IMG/VR virus record: IMGVR_UViG_3300027770_000046
Strand: one strand, 5' to 3'
Origin: a virus
Taxonomy: Duplodnaviria > Heunggongvirae > Uroviricota > Caudoviricetes
DNA length: 29,506 nt
Program-made: the position numbers and the translations under genes
The notes under the pieces: model-generated
Databases searched by the model: none
Told to the model about the DNA's origin: nothing
What the model saw: only the letters and a program-made list of their open reading frames with translations
In this document: positions 1 through 9,845 of the stretch, in pieces
How the letters are laid out: each line of letters opens with the position of its first letter
Numbering within the stretch: position 1 is the stretch's first letter

Positions 1-6
1 AGATCA

Positions 7-3000
7 ATGCAGTTTTTAAATAAACTAAACAGTCTTCCTAACAAAGCTGAGTTCCAAGTAGTATATATTACTAAGAATAATGAGGCTAAGTTAATCCCTG
101 GATTAGTTGAACATTTAGCACAAGGTAAAACTTCTGTTAAACAAGAAACAACAATTGCTGCTGTAGTAGTTAAGAGAGCAAGCAATGGTGATATTAAGTT
201 AGTAGATGTTAATGGAGAAGAAGTTGCAACAGATCCATTGAACAGTGCCATCTATCAAGTGATGCCTCTTGAAGATTTAAAATGGAGTGAGGAGTTTGGT
301 TCAGAAAGTATGATTAGAGAAAATCAAAAATCTCAACTACCAGCACTTAAGAAAATATATGCTAAGAGAAGAGCAGCTATGCTTAACGCTGAAGACTTAA
401 CCTTATACAACTTTGAGCCTTCTATGGGAACTCTAGTTAAAGGTGATATAGGTGCGTCTGTAGTTGCTGCTGCATTAATTAAGAAATCAGATCTATCTAA
501 TAAGAACGTATTATTCATTCCTACAACAGGAGATGTATTAGACAAAGGTAGTACATATTTTACTAATCCTTTGGGTATGGTATTTTTAAACCATCCAGAT
601 GGATATGTTAGATTACAGAATAAACAAAACTCAGAAGAAGATGCTAAGACTATCTATGATGTATTAGTAAGACTTTCTACAAATGTGTTTAAAAAAGGTA
701 ATGCAAAAGAAAATGCAAATAGTCCTGATTCTCAATTCTTATTGAACTGGTTACGTAGCGTAACTCATTGGGGAAGTCCTAAAGAAGGAGCCACTCCTGG
801 TAAGAACAGTCTTTGGTTTGAAAAAGATAACACTAGAACTTCTGATAAGTTTAGACTTAAAGGTTTTAATTTAGATGTATCATTTAAACCTACTTCTCTT
901 AAGACAAACAGAACTCAGATTATTGATGCTTTAAAGAGCATGTATAATAACATAGATAACAGTAAGTTAAACTATAATGAGTCTTATACAGAGATATTAG
1001 GTATAACTCCAGCTGGTGATATTAAAACCAAAGATTGGGAAAACTACCAAACATACTTATTATCTAGTGAAGGTAGAACTGCTGAACAACTTCCATTGGT
1101 AACAATGGCAGCTCCTGTTGCTCCTGGTGAGTACAATAGAACTGGTGTCTATATGATTATGTCAGGATTTACTGATGCTAATGAAATGGATGCAGTTAAC
1201 CTTGCTAAGAAAACAGCTAAAGGACCTAAAGGAAAAACATCAACATTTGGGTTCAAAGTAGAATCTACAGGAGAAACTGAAAACTTACAATACGTATTAG
1301 ATGACGCTGGCAATGTAGAAATTGTTGATTCAACAGTGAATGATGAAATCGTTGACAGGTTAATGGATGACGATCTTACAGCTAAGAAGTTTGAGAGAAG
1401 ATATGAGGAAACAGTTGATAAAGATTCATCTAAAATCTCTTTAGCAGAACTTATCAAAGTTGTTGCTAAAGGAGTGATTGAAGAAAGAATAGCAGCTAGA
1501 CAAGTTGTAGAAACAGAAGAAATTGGTAAGAGTGGTAAAACTGCAGATGATATTGCTGCAGGATTAGATGCATTTATTCTAGGTAAGGAAGCTACAAAGC
1601 CCACTCCTAAGAAGACAGCTCCAGCTCCTATAGTTTCTGATAAGAAAGCTGATATAGAAAGAAGAAGACAAGAAGAGTTAGATAAATATAAATCAGGGGA
1701 TATTACAGTAGCTGGAGTTAAAGCTATCAATGCTAAATATAATGCAGAACTAGCTGCTTTAGAAGAACAACCTATGGCTCCTGTTGCTGCACCAGCTCCA
1801 ACTGTTGCTACTGATCTAAAGAAGTTCAGAAAGAACATTATGCAGAAGGGTGGTAAGACTAATTTGAGAATTAAATTAGATCAAGCTGTGGCTGACTTTA
1901 ATAGTGAGAACTGGAAAGAGATTGAAGACTTCATGAAAGAAAACTTTAAAACTCTTTCAGCATTTAGATTAAAGAACATATTACAAGCTATTGGTGGAAG
2001 ACAAGCTTGGGGAGCGTATCAAGATGGTAGTGTTTATATATATGAAAACGCTGAGGTTGGTACAGCTTACCATGAAATCTTCCATGCTGTGTGGGATATC
2101 TTCTTAACTACAGAAGAAAAGGCTAACATTGTATTAGAGTTTAGAAGTAGGAAAGGTGACTACGTAGATAGAATTGGAAAGACTATACAATATAAAACTG
2201 CTACAGTTGATGAAATCAATGAGAAGTTAGCTGAAGAATATAGAGAACATAGATTGTCTGGAGAGTTCCCAGCTAAACCTACAGAAGGCATGTCTTGGAT
2301 TCGTAAGTTCTTTACAGAGTTATCAAACTTTATCAATACGTTATTTACAGGAGAGAAAGCTCAGACTAACACAGCTAACTTGTTCAAGAGAATGGGAAGT
2401 GGATACTATGCAAATTCATACAATCCATACCAAGCTCAGTTACAATTAGCACAACCAGGAATAGTAGATCTTGACCAAGCTGCTCTGTCTGGAAGAGCTA
2501 TGTTTAGTCTTGTAAGTGCAGGATTGACTGTAAGTAATATCAATGATATTATGCAGCAAATGACTTACACTACATTGATACAAGCTAGAGCCAATACAAA
2601 TGAAGGCTTGTTTAGTGTTGAAGACTTAGATAGAAAAGAATTATATGATACATTAAAAGATGATATCGAACAAGTTGTATATGGAAGTGCATTAAACTGG
2701 GCTACAAAAACAATTGAAGAAGACCCAAGCAAACAAGCTGATGTCGCACCAATTCTTGCTAATTACAAAGCATTACGTGATACTATATTTGCCAACTGGA
2801 ATGATATTGTTAAGAAGCATGAAGAAGAGTATCTAAGCTCTTACTCTGTTAAATTAACAGATGAAGAAGCTAACTTTAGAAATGAATATAACATTACAGG
2901 TAAGGGAGATGAATATAATGACTCTAACCAAGTAGATGCATTTAGAAAATCAAGTGCTGCTATTAAGTTATTACTAGCTACAGTTCCTGTATTAGATCAA

Positions 3001-6000
3001 AATGGATACAATGCTGTATCTTCTATTGGTGGTGTAGTATTAGAACCAATGGGTAAGGTGTACACAACATTACTTAATACTCTACATAACTCTGTAGATA
3101 TTAATGACATGATGGAAAAGCTACGTATCTTAAGCTTAGAACAACCACAATATTCTGTGGTATATTCTAGACTTACAAATGGACTTCCTAATGCTATTAA
3201 GGATGACTACTTCAAAAACATAGATGACCTTTCTGGTTTACAATTATCTAGTGCTTTCTACAAAGCGTTTGATTTACAGAACCCTGAAGTTAAAACAACC
3301 TTTGTTCTTCAGAATGGGGATGTAAGTATTAGTGATACTACATTAGCAAATGCTACAGATCAGATTGCATCTGAGATGGAATCTTCTATTATCAAAGCTA
3401 TTAAGATTGATAAGAAGTTTTTAGCATTTAATGGTCGCTCCTTTGTGCACAAGAAAACCAAGTCAGGAATCAATGAGATTGATAAAGAAACAGTTGGAAC
3501 AATAGATAATAACATTAAGTTTTTAAAGAAATTAGGAGTTGATGTTAATAAAGAGAAGTTAGAAAAACAATCAGATTGGAATAAGCGTAAGTTTATTGAT
3601 GGTGTAAATGGTATCAAAAGAAGTATTTCAGACATCACTGCTATTAGAGAGATTACAAGTAAATCTCTTAATATCAATACAAGACTAAGAGAAGTGGGTG
3701 AGGTGATTGCTGCTATTCAAAACCCTGATTTCCAAACAACTTTTATTAATCTTAATGGAGACCTTGTACAATCATTCATTGGACAAAATCCATTGAGTAT
3801 GTTCCATAATGTATTAGTAAAGTCAAATAAGTTATCAGACTTAGAGAACACTAGATACAACTATTTACTTCCTGGGAATGACGTATTTAGTCAAGGCTCT
3901 GTTATCATGTCTAAGGTATATGATACAGAAGGTAATAAGAAGTCTAATGTTGATAAATACATGACTGTTGGATATACAGGTGGTATTTTTAATGAACTGA
4001 CTAATAAGAAGAAAGGATCTTCTAAAGTTGTGTATGCTGAGCGTTTGATAGAAGAGTTAAACTTAAACTTAAAAGGTGTTTACATGAACTTAGTTCCTGG
4101 AGATGCATCTTTAGGTTGGTTACTATCTATGGGCAATCACATTTCTGCAACAAGTATAGCTATAAACAATAATCCTATACATGCTATATTTAAAGAATAC
4201 ATTAAAGCTGAGATTAATCTTTCTAGAGAAGGTCGTACCATTCCTAAAATTGAGGGAAGAAAGAACACAGACTTACGTTTCTTCAAAGGTATATTAGGAG
4301 AAACATTACATAATCTTGTTGTAGCTGCTTCTGAAGAGAAAGAAGGCAAAGAGTTTAAATACACTACAGATGAAGTGTATAATCAATTTGAAGAAAGAAT
4401 CAACAAAGCTTCTGATAAGTTTTTAAGCGATGATGTCACTGATAGAATCAAAACTTACACTGCTAATGGATTGATTAAGAAGGACTTATTTGGAGATACA
4501 TATACAGTCAAAGGTATTCAGTTACCTATGAAAAAGAATATATCTCTTGAGGTGTTAAGGAATCAATTAAGTGCTATGAGTGCTAACTACATGATAAATA
4601 ACATTGAGTTGCACAAGCTGATTTATTCTGATCCTTATTTATACAAAGATGAATTAAAGCGTATTAAGAGTTTTAGTTCTCCACGTCAATCTACTATTAA
4701 CAGTTCTGTAGAGTGGAACGCTAAGGCAAATGAAATTGCAAATCAAGAGTACAAGAGCAAAAAGGATATTGGATATACAGATATGATCAAGGATCATTTA
4801 AACAGCATTGTTCTTGAAGACAACGTTAGTGTAAATGAGGCATTGAAATATCAACAATTCAAGTCTACAGATGGTGGAGGTGTAATTACTTTAAAGGCTT
4901 CTCGCAAGTTAGCAATGCGTGATGGTAACTGGAACCCTTCAAAAGAAAGACAATATCAGTATGATGTTGCTTATGAAAAAGATGTGAAGGGATTAAGAAT
5001 GTCTAAGTTTGAGAGAGCTGTATTAAAGAATGGTAACCCTGGAATCACTGCAGCATACACTCCAATCAAGCCAATTGTTACAGGTCGTAAACTAAATGAG
5101 AAGAAGTACAATGATGTAATGTTAGATAAGTTTGCCCTTTATCCATTGAGCTTCAGGATATTACATCAGATGAATCCTGAATCTAATGCTATCAAGTTAT
5201 ACAACAAGATGCAAGCTGGAGACATTGATTATGCTGTATATGACTCAGGTAGAAAAGTTGGAAGTACAAATAAAGTTAGTTTATATAATGAGGAAAATGA
5301 GTTTGATACAACTCCTGTTACTAAAAAGAACATAACAAAAGTACCTTTCTCAATCATAGGTATCCAAGCTGAAGTTCCTTCCAAAGAAACTGGTGACGTA
5401 ACTAGAGGTAGTCAGGTGACTAAGTTAGTTACATTAGACTTCTTAGACTGTGGTGTACCTTTAGACTTCATGACAGGCAAAGATTTTGGTCAAAGATTAG
5501 CTGCTTGGAATGCATTAGAGTCAGAAGATGCTAAGTTAGATGCTTCAGGAATATACACAGAACTTAAGAACTATGATAACTTATTAAATGAGTTAACTAA
5601 TATTGGATATGAAGAGTTATTAGAAAGTATAGGTTGGGATGGTAAGAGTGGTAACTTAGATCTAAAAAGATTAGGAGACTTTTTATACTCACAGGTTATT
5701 AAAGGTAACACTGATGAGAATATTCTTAAGAGTATTGAAAGTTTAAAGCTTGGTAATAAAGACGTTGAAGCTACTCCAGCATACAGCCAAATTAGAAATA
5801 CATTATATTCTATAGCTAGAGATATGTTTATTTCTCCTACTATGTCAGGAGGATTAAAGGTTCAGATTCCATCAGCAACATTAGAAGCAGGTGGTATTAA
5901 GAAAGCAATGGTAAATGGTAAGGAAGGATTAGTGTCTGATGTATTGAACTTTTATACAAACGCTAATGGTGAGGTGGTAGCTGAGATAATGGCAGCAAGA

Positions 6001-9000
6001 TGGTTTGAGTCAGATAAGACAGATGAAGAATTATTAGAATACTTTAATACTGAAGAAGGACAAAAGATTTTAAAAGGAATATCATTTCGTATCCCAACTC
6101 AAAAACAAAACTCAATTGATGTTATTAAAATAGCTAAATTCTTGCCTAAAGAGTTTGGAGACAGTGTTGTCATCCCAGCAGGAATGGTAGCTAAGGTAGG
6201 ATCTGACTTTGATATTGACAAGTTATCAATCTATTTAAAGAACGTAATAGTTGATAAAAAGACTGGTGATATTAAGCTAGTGCCTTTTAAAGGAATAGGC
6301 AAAGCTGCTAGAGATACCTTCAATAACTTAGAAGACTATAAGAAGTCTATTCAAAATGCTTATATTGAATCAATGGAAAACTTAGTAGGACATCCTGCTA
6401 ACTTTGACAGATTGGTTAAACCTAACTCTGCACAGCCATTAAAAGATTTAGCAGATAGAATTCTTAAACTAAAAGGAAAGACTAAAACAAACTATAGTTC
6501 TGTAGTTAATATGTTAAAACAAACAACTATGTCTGGTATCAGACATGCGTTTGTTTCTGGTAAATATGCTATTGGTATTGCTGCTACATCTCAAACAAAC
6601 CACTCACTTAATCAACGTGGTATGGTTGTGTTTGATACAAATACTGATACTAAACCTGGAGATAAAGTTTGGTTAAAGAACAAAAAGCTTTCATTTGAAA
6701 AGTTTAATAGTATAAAACCATATGGTCAAGCGTCATATGCAACTTTATCTAGAGTGTTTGATGCAAACAATGAGTATGAGATTTCTGATATTATTGGTAT
6801 GTTCATTGATGGATATGTGGACATCTCTAATGGTGCTTGGGTTATGGACTTGGGTGCTACCCCTGAGGTGGCAGGTACATGGTTAACGTTAGTTAAGTTT
6901 GGTGTGCCTATTGAAACAGTGGCATACTTCATGAACCAACCAATCATCCTAGATTATCTAGCGTCTTTACAAGCTAAAGGTTCTACTTATTTGTTCTCTT
7001 ACACAGATGTAAACAACATCAAAGAGAGTAAGAAGTATGGTGTAGATAAAAGAAGCAGTCTTGTAAAAGAGGCTGTATTAACTAATAAAGGTCTTGAGAA
7101 AACTGTAAACAGCATACCAGCTGATGATAAAGCTAGAGGTCAACAGCAATTCATTTTAGATGAGTTTTTGAAATACGCTAAGATGGCTGAGATGCTTTTA
7201 AGAGTGACTCAGTCTACTAACTTTGATACAACAAATATCAATGACCCATCATTAATCTACATGATGAATGAGAAGATTAAACAAAATGGTCCAGACAAAG
7301 GAAATACAAATAGTTTAAATTCTGGTACAAAAAACATTTTAGATAATTCTTACATTGGTAATTTATACAAGAAGTTATTAGAAATCACAAACATATATGG
7401 TAAAGTTTTAATTTCTGAAAAACAGGACAATAAAACTGCGTTAGAAAATAACATCTTAAGTAGATACTTAGGTTTACCAAAAGATAAGTTTGTTGAAGTT
7501 GCTAGGAAAGCATTGAATAGTGTATTTGATTACTCTACTCAAGTGAACAGTGACTTAAATAAATCTCTTGGTACATTATTGATTGGTGAGGATAGTGTGG
7601 CTAAACAAATGGGTGACTTTATTAATGAGATAAAAGAAGAAGGAGAAGACCATCCATTAGCTAACAACTTGATTATCAAATCATTACGTTATACTCCTTC
7701 AGTTAAAGAAGGAGGTGCAGATGAGTTAAAGTTTGTAGCTAAGGATAATAAGTCATATGATAAGAATCAAATCATCTACTCTTTCTCTGAATTAAAAGAT
7801 TATTTAAAGAACACTGATCAAGAAGATTTGTACAAAGGATTGATTGCATTCTCAATTGTACAATCAGGATTAATCAACTCTCCAATATCATTTACTCAGT
7901 TCATTCCTTATGAAGACTTTATTGAATACTACCAAGAGAATATTAACTCTCTTAATAGTACAACCATAAATACATTTGGAAAGGTAGGAGCTTTTGAAAG
8001 AAACAACTGGACTAATCCAGATCTTGTGGCATTCAAAAAGGCATACTATGAGGTTGATGAAGATGACCAAGCTAGATACAACGCTTCAAGAACATTGGCA
8101 ACAGGCTATGAATCTGTCCAAGCAGCTATTAATAATAAAGATATTCCTCAGCTTATTACAATCCCTAGATCTGACGTAGCATCTAGAAAAGACTATGTAG
8201 TGTTTACATGGGAAGAAGGCACTGAAGATGAGAAAAAACAGATGAAAGCTGATGGTGACTTGTCTTATATTAGAAAAGGATTGTTTAGAAAAGTGATTCA
8301 GCCCAGTACACAAACTCCACTTATGTCTAAAGGAAGAGGATATGTTTACAAGCAAATCAACGCATGGGGAGATGGTATGAGAGCTAATGAGTTCTATGAC
8401 CATGCAAGAAAGTCTGTTTTCAATAATGGCTTTGATCCTGTAGAGAACGAGGTGGATGATATGTTAATTGTAAATTTATATGGGCTTGCTCAACAATCAC
8501 TTAGAGAAGATATTAGTCTTGAGGAGGTAGAAGCAAACTGGGACAATTTCAATACATTAGATGAGAACGAACCAGAAGATTCTCCAATTGAAAACATTGA
8601 GGAAACATCTGAAGAAACTTCTGAAAGTGAGGAAGATATTGTATCTTTACAGGGAGTTAGTACTAAGGAAATGACGTATCAAACTGTCTATAAGATTGTA
8701 GATATAACTGATACTCCTGTGGACGCTTATGGAATAGCTCTTCAATATATTGCTAATGGTGGAAAGGTTAATGAAGAATCTTTATATAAGGAAGTTATTA
8801 CTAGAAGAGATAAAAGACTTACTCCTAAAAAACAAACAAAAGAAGAATCTAGAAATAGAGACTATGTTACTAAAGATGCAGAATCAATTGAAGATATTGC
8901 TCAATCAATTTGGGATGATTTAACTGAAGATGTCCAAAGTAGGGTGGAAGATAACTCAATTAGGAATGCATTAAATGATGTAGTGGGTTCATTTAATACA

Positions 9001-9414
9001 AGACTTGAAGCTGCTAGAGAGTTTGTAAGTAAATATTCAACTCAAGATGATGTTGATAGAGCTATGAAAGCTTCTATTAAAACTCCTATTGAGATTGCAA
9101 TAAGTGCTGCTAAAAAAGCAGAAGTAAAGAAGATTGTTATTAATGGTCAGGCTTATACAGAAAAAGGAAATAAGTTATATAAGAATGATGTAGAAGTTGC
9201 TAATAAAAGAGTTAATGAAATATATGCTGTTAGAAAAGAGATTCAAAATCAAACAATTAGAGTTACTACATATGGTAATAAAAATTATTTTGTTCTTTCA
9301 GATGATAGTATTGTAGCTAGTGATAAAGCAACACTAGGACAAAAAGTAAATGTTTCAGAAGATGTTAAAGAAATGATTTTAAGTAAAGCTGTTAAATATA
9401 AGAAAAATTGTTAA
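7..9414 (+). CDS. crAss-like virion-associated RNA polymerase polyprotein (N-terminal extension + zincin-like protease domain + two-barrel RNAP); probably 5'-truncated by the window
   Basis: 3135-aa ORF; frame is open to base 1 (AGA TCA ATG). HEIFH at 2071-2085 with downstream EKLAEE (2221-2238). beta-like motifs STDGGG (4864-4881), PIKP, DKFALYP, RGSQ. beta'-like RIPTQ (6088-6102) and GSDFDIDK (6199-6222). DFDID is the catalytic variant known from crAss-like virion RNAPs such as phi14:2 gp66. Confidence 0.92.
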   Translation: MQFLNKLNSLPNKAEFQVVYITKNNEAKLIPGLVEHLAQGKTSVKQETTIAAVVVKRASNGDIKLVDVNGEEVATDPLNSAIYQVMPLEDLKWSEEFGSESMIRENQKSQLPALKKIYAKRRAAMLNAEDLTLYNFEPSMGTLVKGDIGASVVAAALIKKSDLSNKNVLFIPTTGDVLDKGSTYFTNPLGMVFLNHPDGYVRLQNKQNSEEDAKTIYDVLVRLSTNVFKKGNAKENANSPDSQFLLNWLRSVTHWGSPKEGATPGKNSLWFEKDNTRTSDKFRLKGFNLDVSFKPTSLKTNRTQIIDALKSMYNNIDNSKLNYNESYTEILGITPAGDIKTKDWENYQTYLLSSEGRTAEQLPLVTMAAPVAPGEYNRTGVYMIMSGFTDANEMDAVNLAKKTAKGPKGKTSTFGFKVESTGETENLQYVLDDAGNVEIVDSTVNDEIVDRLMDDDLTAKKFERRYEETVDKDSSKISLAELIKVVAKGVIEERIAARQVVETEEIGKSGKTADDIAAGLDAFILGKEATKPTPKKTAPAPIVSDKKADIERRRQEELDKYKSGDITVAGVKAINAKYNAELAALEEQPMAPVAAPAPTVATDLKKFRKNIMQKGGKTNLRIKLDQAVADFNSENWKEIEDFMKENFKTLSAFRLKNILQAIGGRQAWGAYQDGSVYIYENAEVGTAYHEIFHAVWDIFLTTEEKANIVLEFRSRKGDYVDRIGKTIQYKTATVDEINEKLAEEYREHRLSGEFPAKPTEGMSWIRKFFTELSNFINTLFTGEKAQTNTANLFKRMGSGYYANSYNPYQAQLQLAQPGIVDLDQAALSGRAMFSLVSAGLTVSNINDIMQQMTYTTLIQARANTNEGLFSVEDLDRKELYDTLKDDIEQVVYGSALNWATKTIEEDPSKQADVAPILANYKALRDTIFANWNDIVKKHEEEYLSSYSVKLTDEEANFRNEYNITGKGDEYNDSNQVDAFRKSSAAIKLLLATVPVLDQNGYNAVSSIGGVVLEPMGKVYTTLLNTLHNSVDINDMMEKLRILSLEQPQYSVVYSRLTNGLPNAIKDDYFKNIDDLSGLQLSSAFYKAFDLQNPEVKTTFVLQNGDVSISDTTLANATDQIASEMESSIIKAIKIDKKFLAFNGRSFVHKKTKSGINEIDKETVGTIDNNIKFLKKLGVDVNKEKLEKQSDWNKRKFIDGVNGIKRSISDITAIREITSKSLNINTRLREVGEVIAAIQNPDFQTTFINLNGDLVQSFIGQNPLSMFHNVLVKSNKLSDLENTRYNYLLPGNDVFSQGSVIMSKVYDTEGNKKSNVDKYMTVGYTGGIFNELTNKKKGSSKVVYAERLIEELNLNLKGVYMNLVPGDASLGWLLSMGNHISATSIAINNNPIHAIFKEYIKAEINLSREGRTIPKIEGRKNTDLRFFKGILGETLHNLVVAASEEKEGKEFKYTTDEVYNQFEERINKASDKFLSDDVTDRIKTYTANGLIKKDLFGDTYTVKGIQLPMKKNISLEVLRNQLSAMSANYMINNIELHKLIYSDPYLYKDELKRIKSFSSPRQSTINSSVEWNAKANEIANQEYKSKKDIGYTDMIKDHLNSIVLEDNVSVNEALKYQQFKSTDGGGVITLKASRKLAMRDGNWNPSKERQYQYDVAYEKDVKGLRMSKFERAVLKNGNPGITAAYTPIKPIVTGRKLNEKKYNDVMLDKFALYPLSFRILHQMNPESNAIKLYNKMQAGDIDYAVYDSGRKVGSTNKVSLYNEENEFDTTPVTKKNITKVPFSIIGIQAEVPSKETGDVTRGSQVTKLVTLDFLDCGVPLDFMTGKDFGQRLAAWNALESEDAKLDASGIYTELKNYDNLLNELTNIGYEELLESIGWDGKSGNLDLKRLGDFLYSQVIKGNTDENILKSIESLKLGNKDVEATPAYSQIRNTLYSIARDMFISPTMSGGLKVQIPSATLEAGGIKKAMVNGKEGLVSDVLNFYTNANGEVVAEIMAARWFESDKTDEELLEYFNTEEGQKILKGISFRIPTQKQNSIDVIKIAKFLPKEFGDSVVIPAGMVAKVGSDFDIDKLSIYLKNVIVDKKTGDIKLVPFKGIGKAARDTFNNLEDYKKSIQNAYIESMENLVGHPANFDRLVKPNSAQPLKDLADRILKLKGKTKTNYSSVVNMLKQTTMSGIRHAFVSGKYAIGIAATSQTNHSLNQRGMVVFDTNTDTKPGDKVWLKNKKLSFEKFNSIKPYGQASYATLSRVFDANNEYEISDIIGMFIDGYVDISNGAWVMDLGATPEVAGTWLTLVKFGVPIETVAYFMNQPIILDYLASLQAKGSTYLFSYTDVNNIKESKKYGVDKRSSLVKEAVLTNKGLEKTVNSIPADDKARGQQQFILDEFLKYAKMAEMLLRVTQSTNFDTTNINDPSLIYMMNEKIKQNGPDKGNTNSLNSGTKNILDNSYIGNLYKKLLEITNIYGKVLISEKQDNKTALENNILSRYLGLPKDKFVEVARKALNSVFDYSTQVNSDLNKSLGTLLIGEDSVAKQMGDFINEIKEEGEDHPLANNLIIKSLRYTPSVKEGGADELKFVAKDNKSYDKNQIIYSFSELKDYLKNTDQEDLYKGLIAFSIVQSGLINSPISFTQFIPYEDFIEYYQENINSLNSTTINTFGKVGAFERNNWTNPDLVAFKKAYYEVDEDDQARYNASRTLATGYESVQAAINNKDIPQLITIPRSDVASRKDYVVFTWEEGTEDEKKQMKADGDLSYIRKGLFRKVIQPSTQTPLMSKGRGYVYKQINAWGDGMRANEFYDHARKSVFNNGFDPVENEVDDMLIVNLYGLAQQSLREDISLEEVEANWDNFNTLDENEPEDSPIENIEETSEETSESEEDIVSLQGVSTKEMTYQTVYKIVDITDTPVDAYGIALQYIANGGKVNEESLYKEVITRRDKRLTPKKQTKEESRNRDYVTKDAESIEDIAQSIWDDLTEDVQSRVEDNSIRNALNDVVGSFNTRLEAAREFVSKYSTQDDVDRAMKASIKTPIEIAISAAKKAEVKKIVINGQAYTEKGNKLYKNDVEVANKRVNEIYAVRKEIQNQTIRVTTYGNKNYFVLSDDSIVASDKATLGQKVNVSEDVKEMILSKAVKYKKNC
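2071..2238 (+). other. Zincin-type metal-binding motif (HExxH plus downstream Glu) within the polyprotein
   Basis: GTAYHEIFHAVW followed about 50 aa later by NEKLAEEY. Confidence 0.8.
6088..6222 (+). other. RNAP catalytic double-psi barrel motifs RIP ... DFDID
   Basis: SFRIPTQKQNS at 6082-6114 and GSDFDIDKL; DFDID codons at 6205-6219. Confidence 0.92.
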
Positions 9415-9415
9415 T

Positions 9416-9844
9416 ATGCCTTGTAAAATAGAAATTAGAAAAGCAATTGATAAGAGTATTGCTATTAAAACTGACAATGATTATCAGGGATTCTCTGAGA
9501 AATCAGCAAGGGCTGTAGCTGTATCTTTAAATAAACTATGGGGGAGTATTGCTAGTATTGCCCAAACTAGTGGACGAGGTGATTATAAAGTAACTATTTC
9601 TAGAATGGATGAAGCAGTTGATAGAGAATATGATAGACAATTGTCTGCAGAAAAACAATTTGAAAGAGATTTATCTTTCTTTAATGATGATCAAGCTTTG
9701 TACGAACAAGAACAAAAAGAAACTATTGATTTAACAGAGACACTTGTAAAAGAATATGGTGTTGAAAATATAAATAGTAACATGTTGGAAGGGTTAGGAT
9801 ACGCTCCTGAACAAATTGGTAAAATCTTAAAAGAAATCTGTTAA
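9416..9844 (+). CDS. Hypothetical protein in the ejection-protein cluster (Cys at residue 3 and at the C-terminus)
   Basis: 142-aa ORF one base from each neighbour (TAA-T-ATG on both sides); no family recognised. Confidence 0.8.
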   Translation: MPCKIEIRKAIDKSIAIKTDNDYQGFSEKSARAVAVSLNKLWGSIASIAQTSGRGDYKVTISRMDEAVDREYDRQLSAEKQFERDLSFFNDDQALYEQEQKETIDLTETLVKEYGVENINSNMLEGLGYAPEQIGKILKEIC

Positions 9845-9845
9845 T

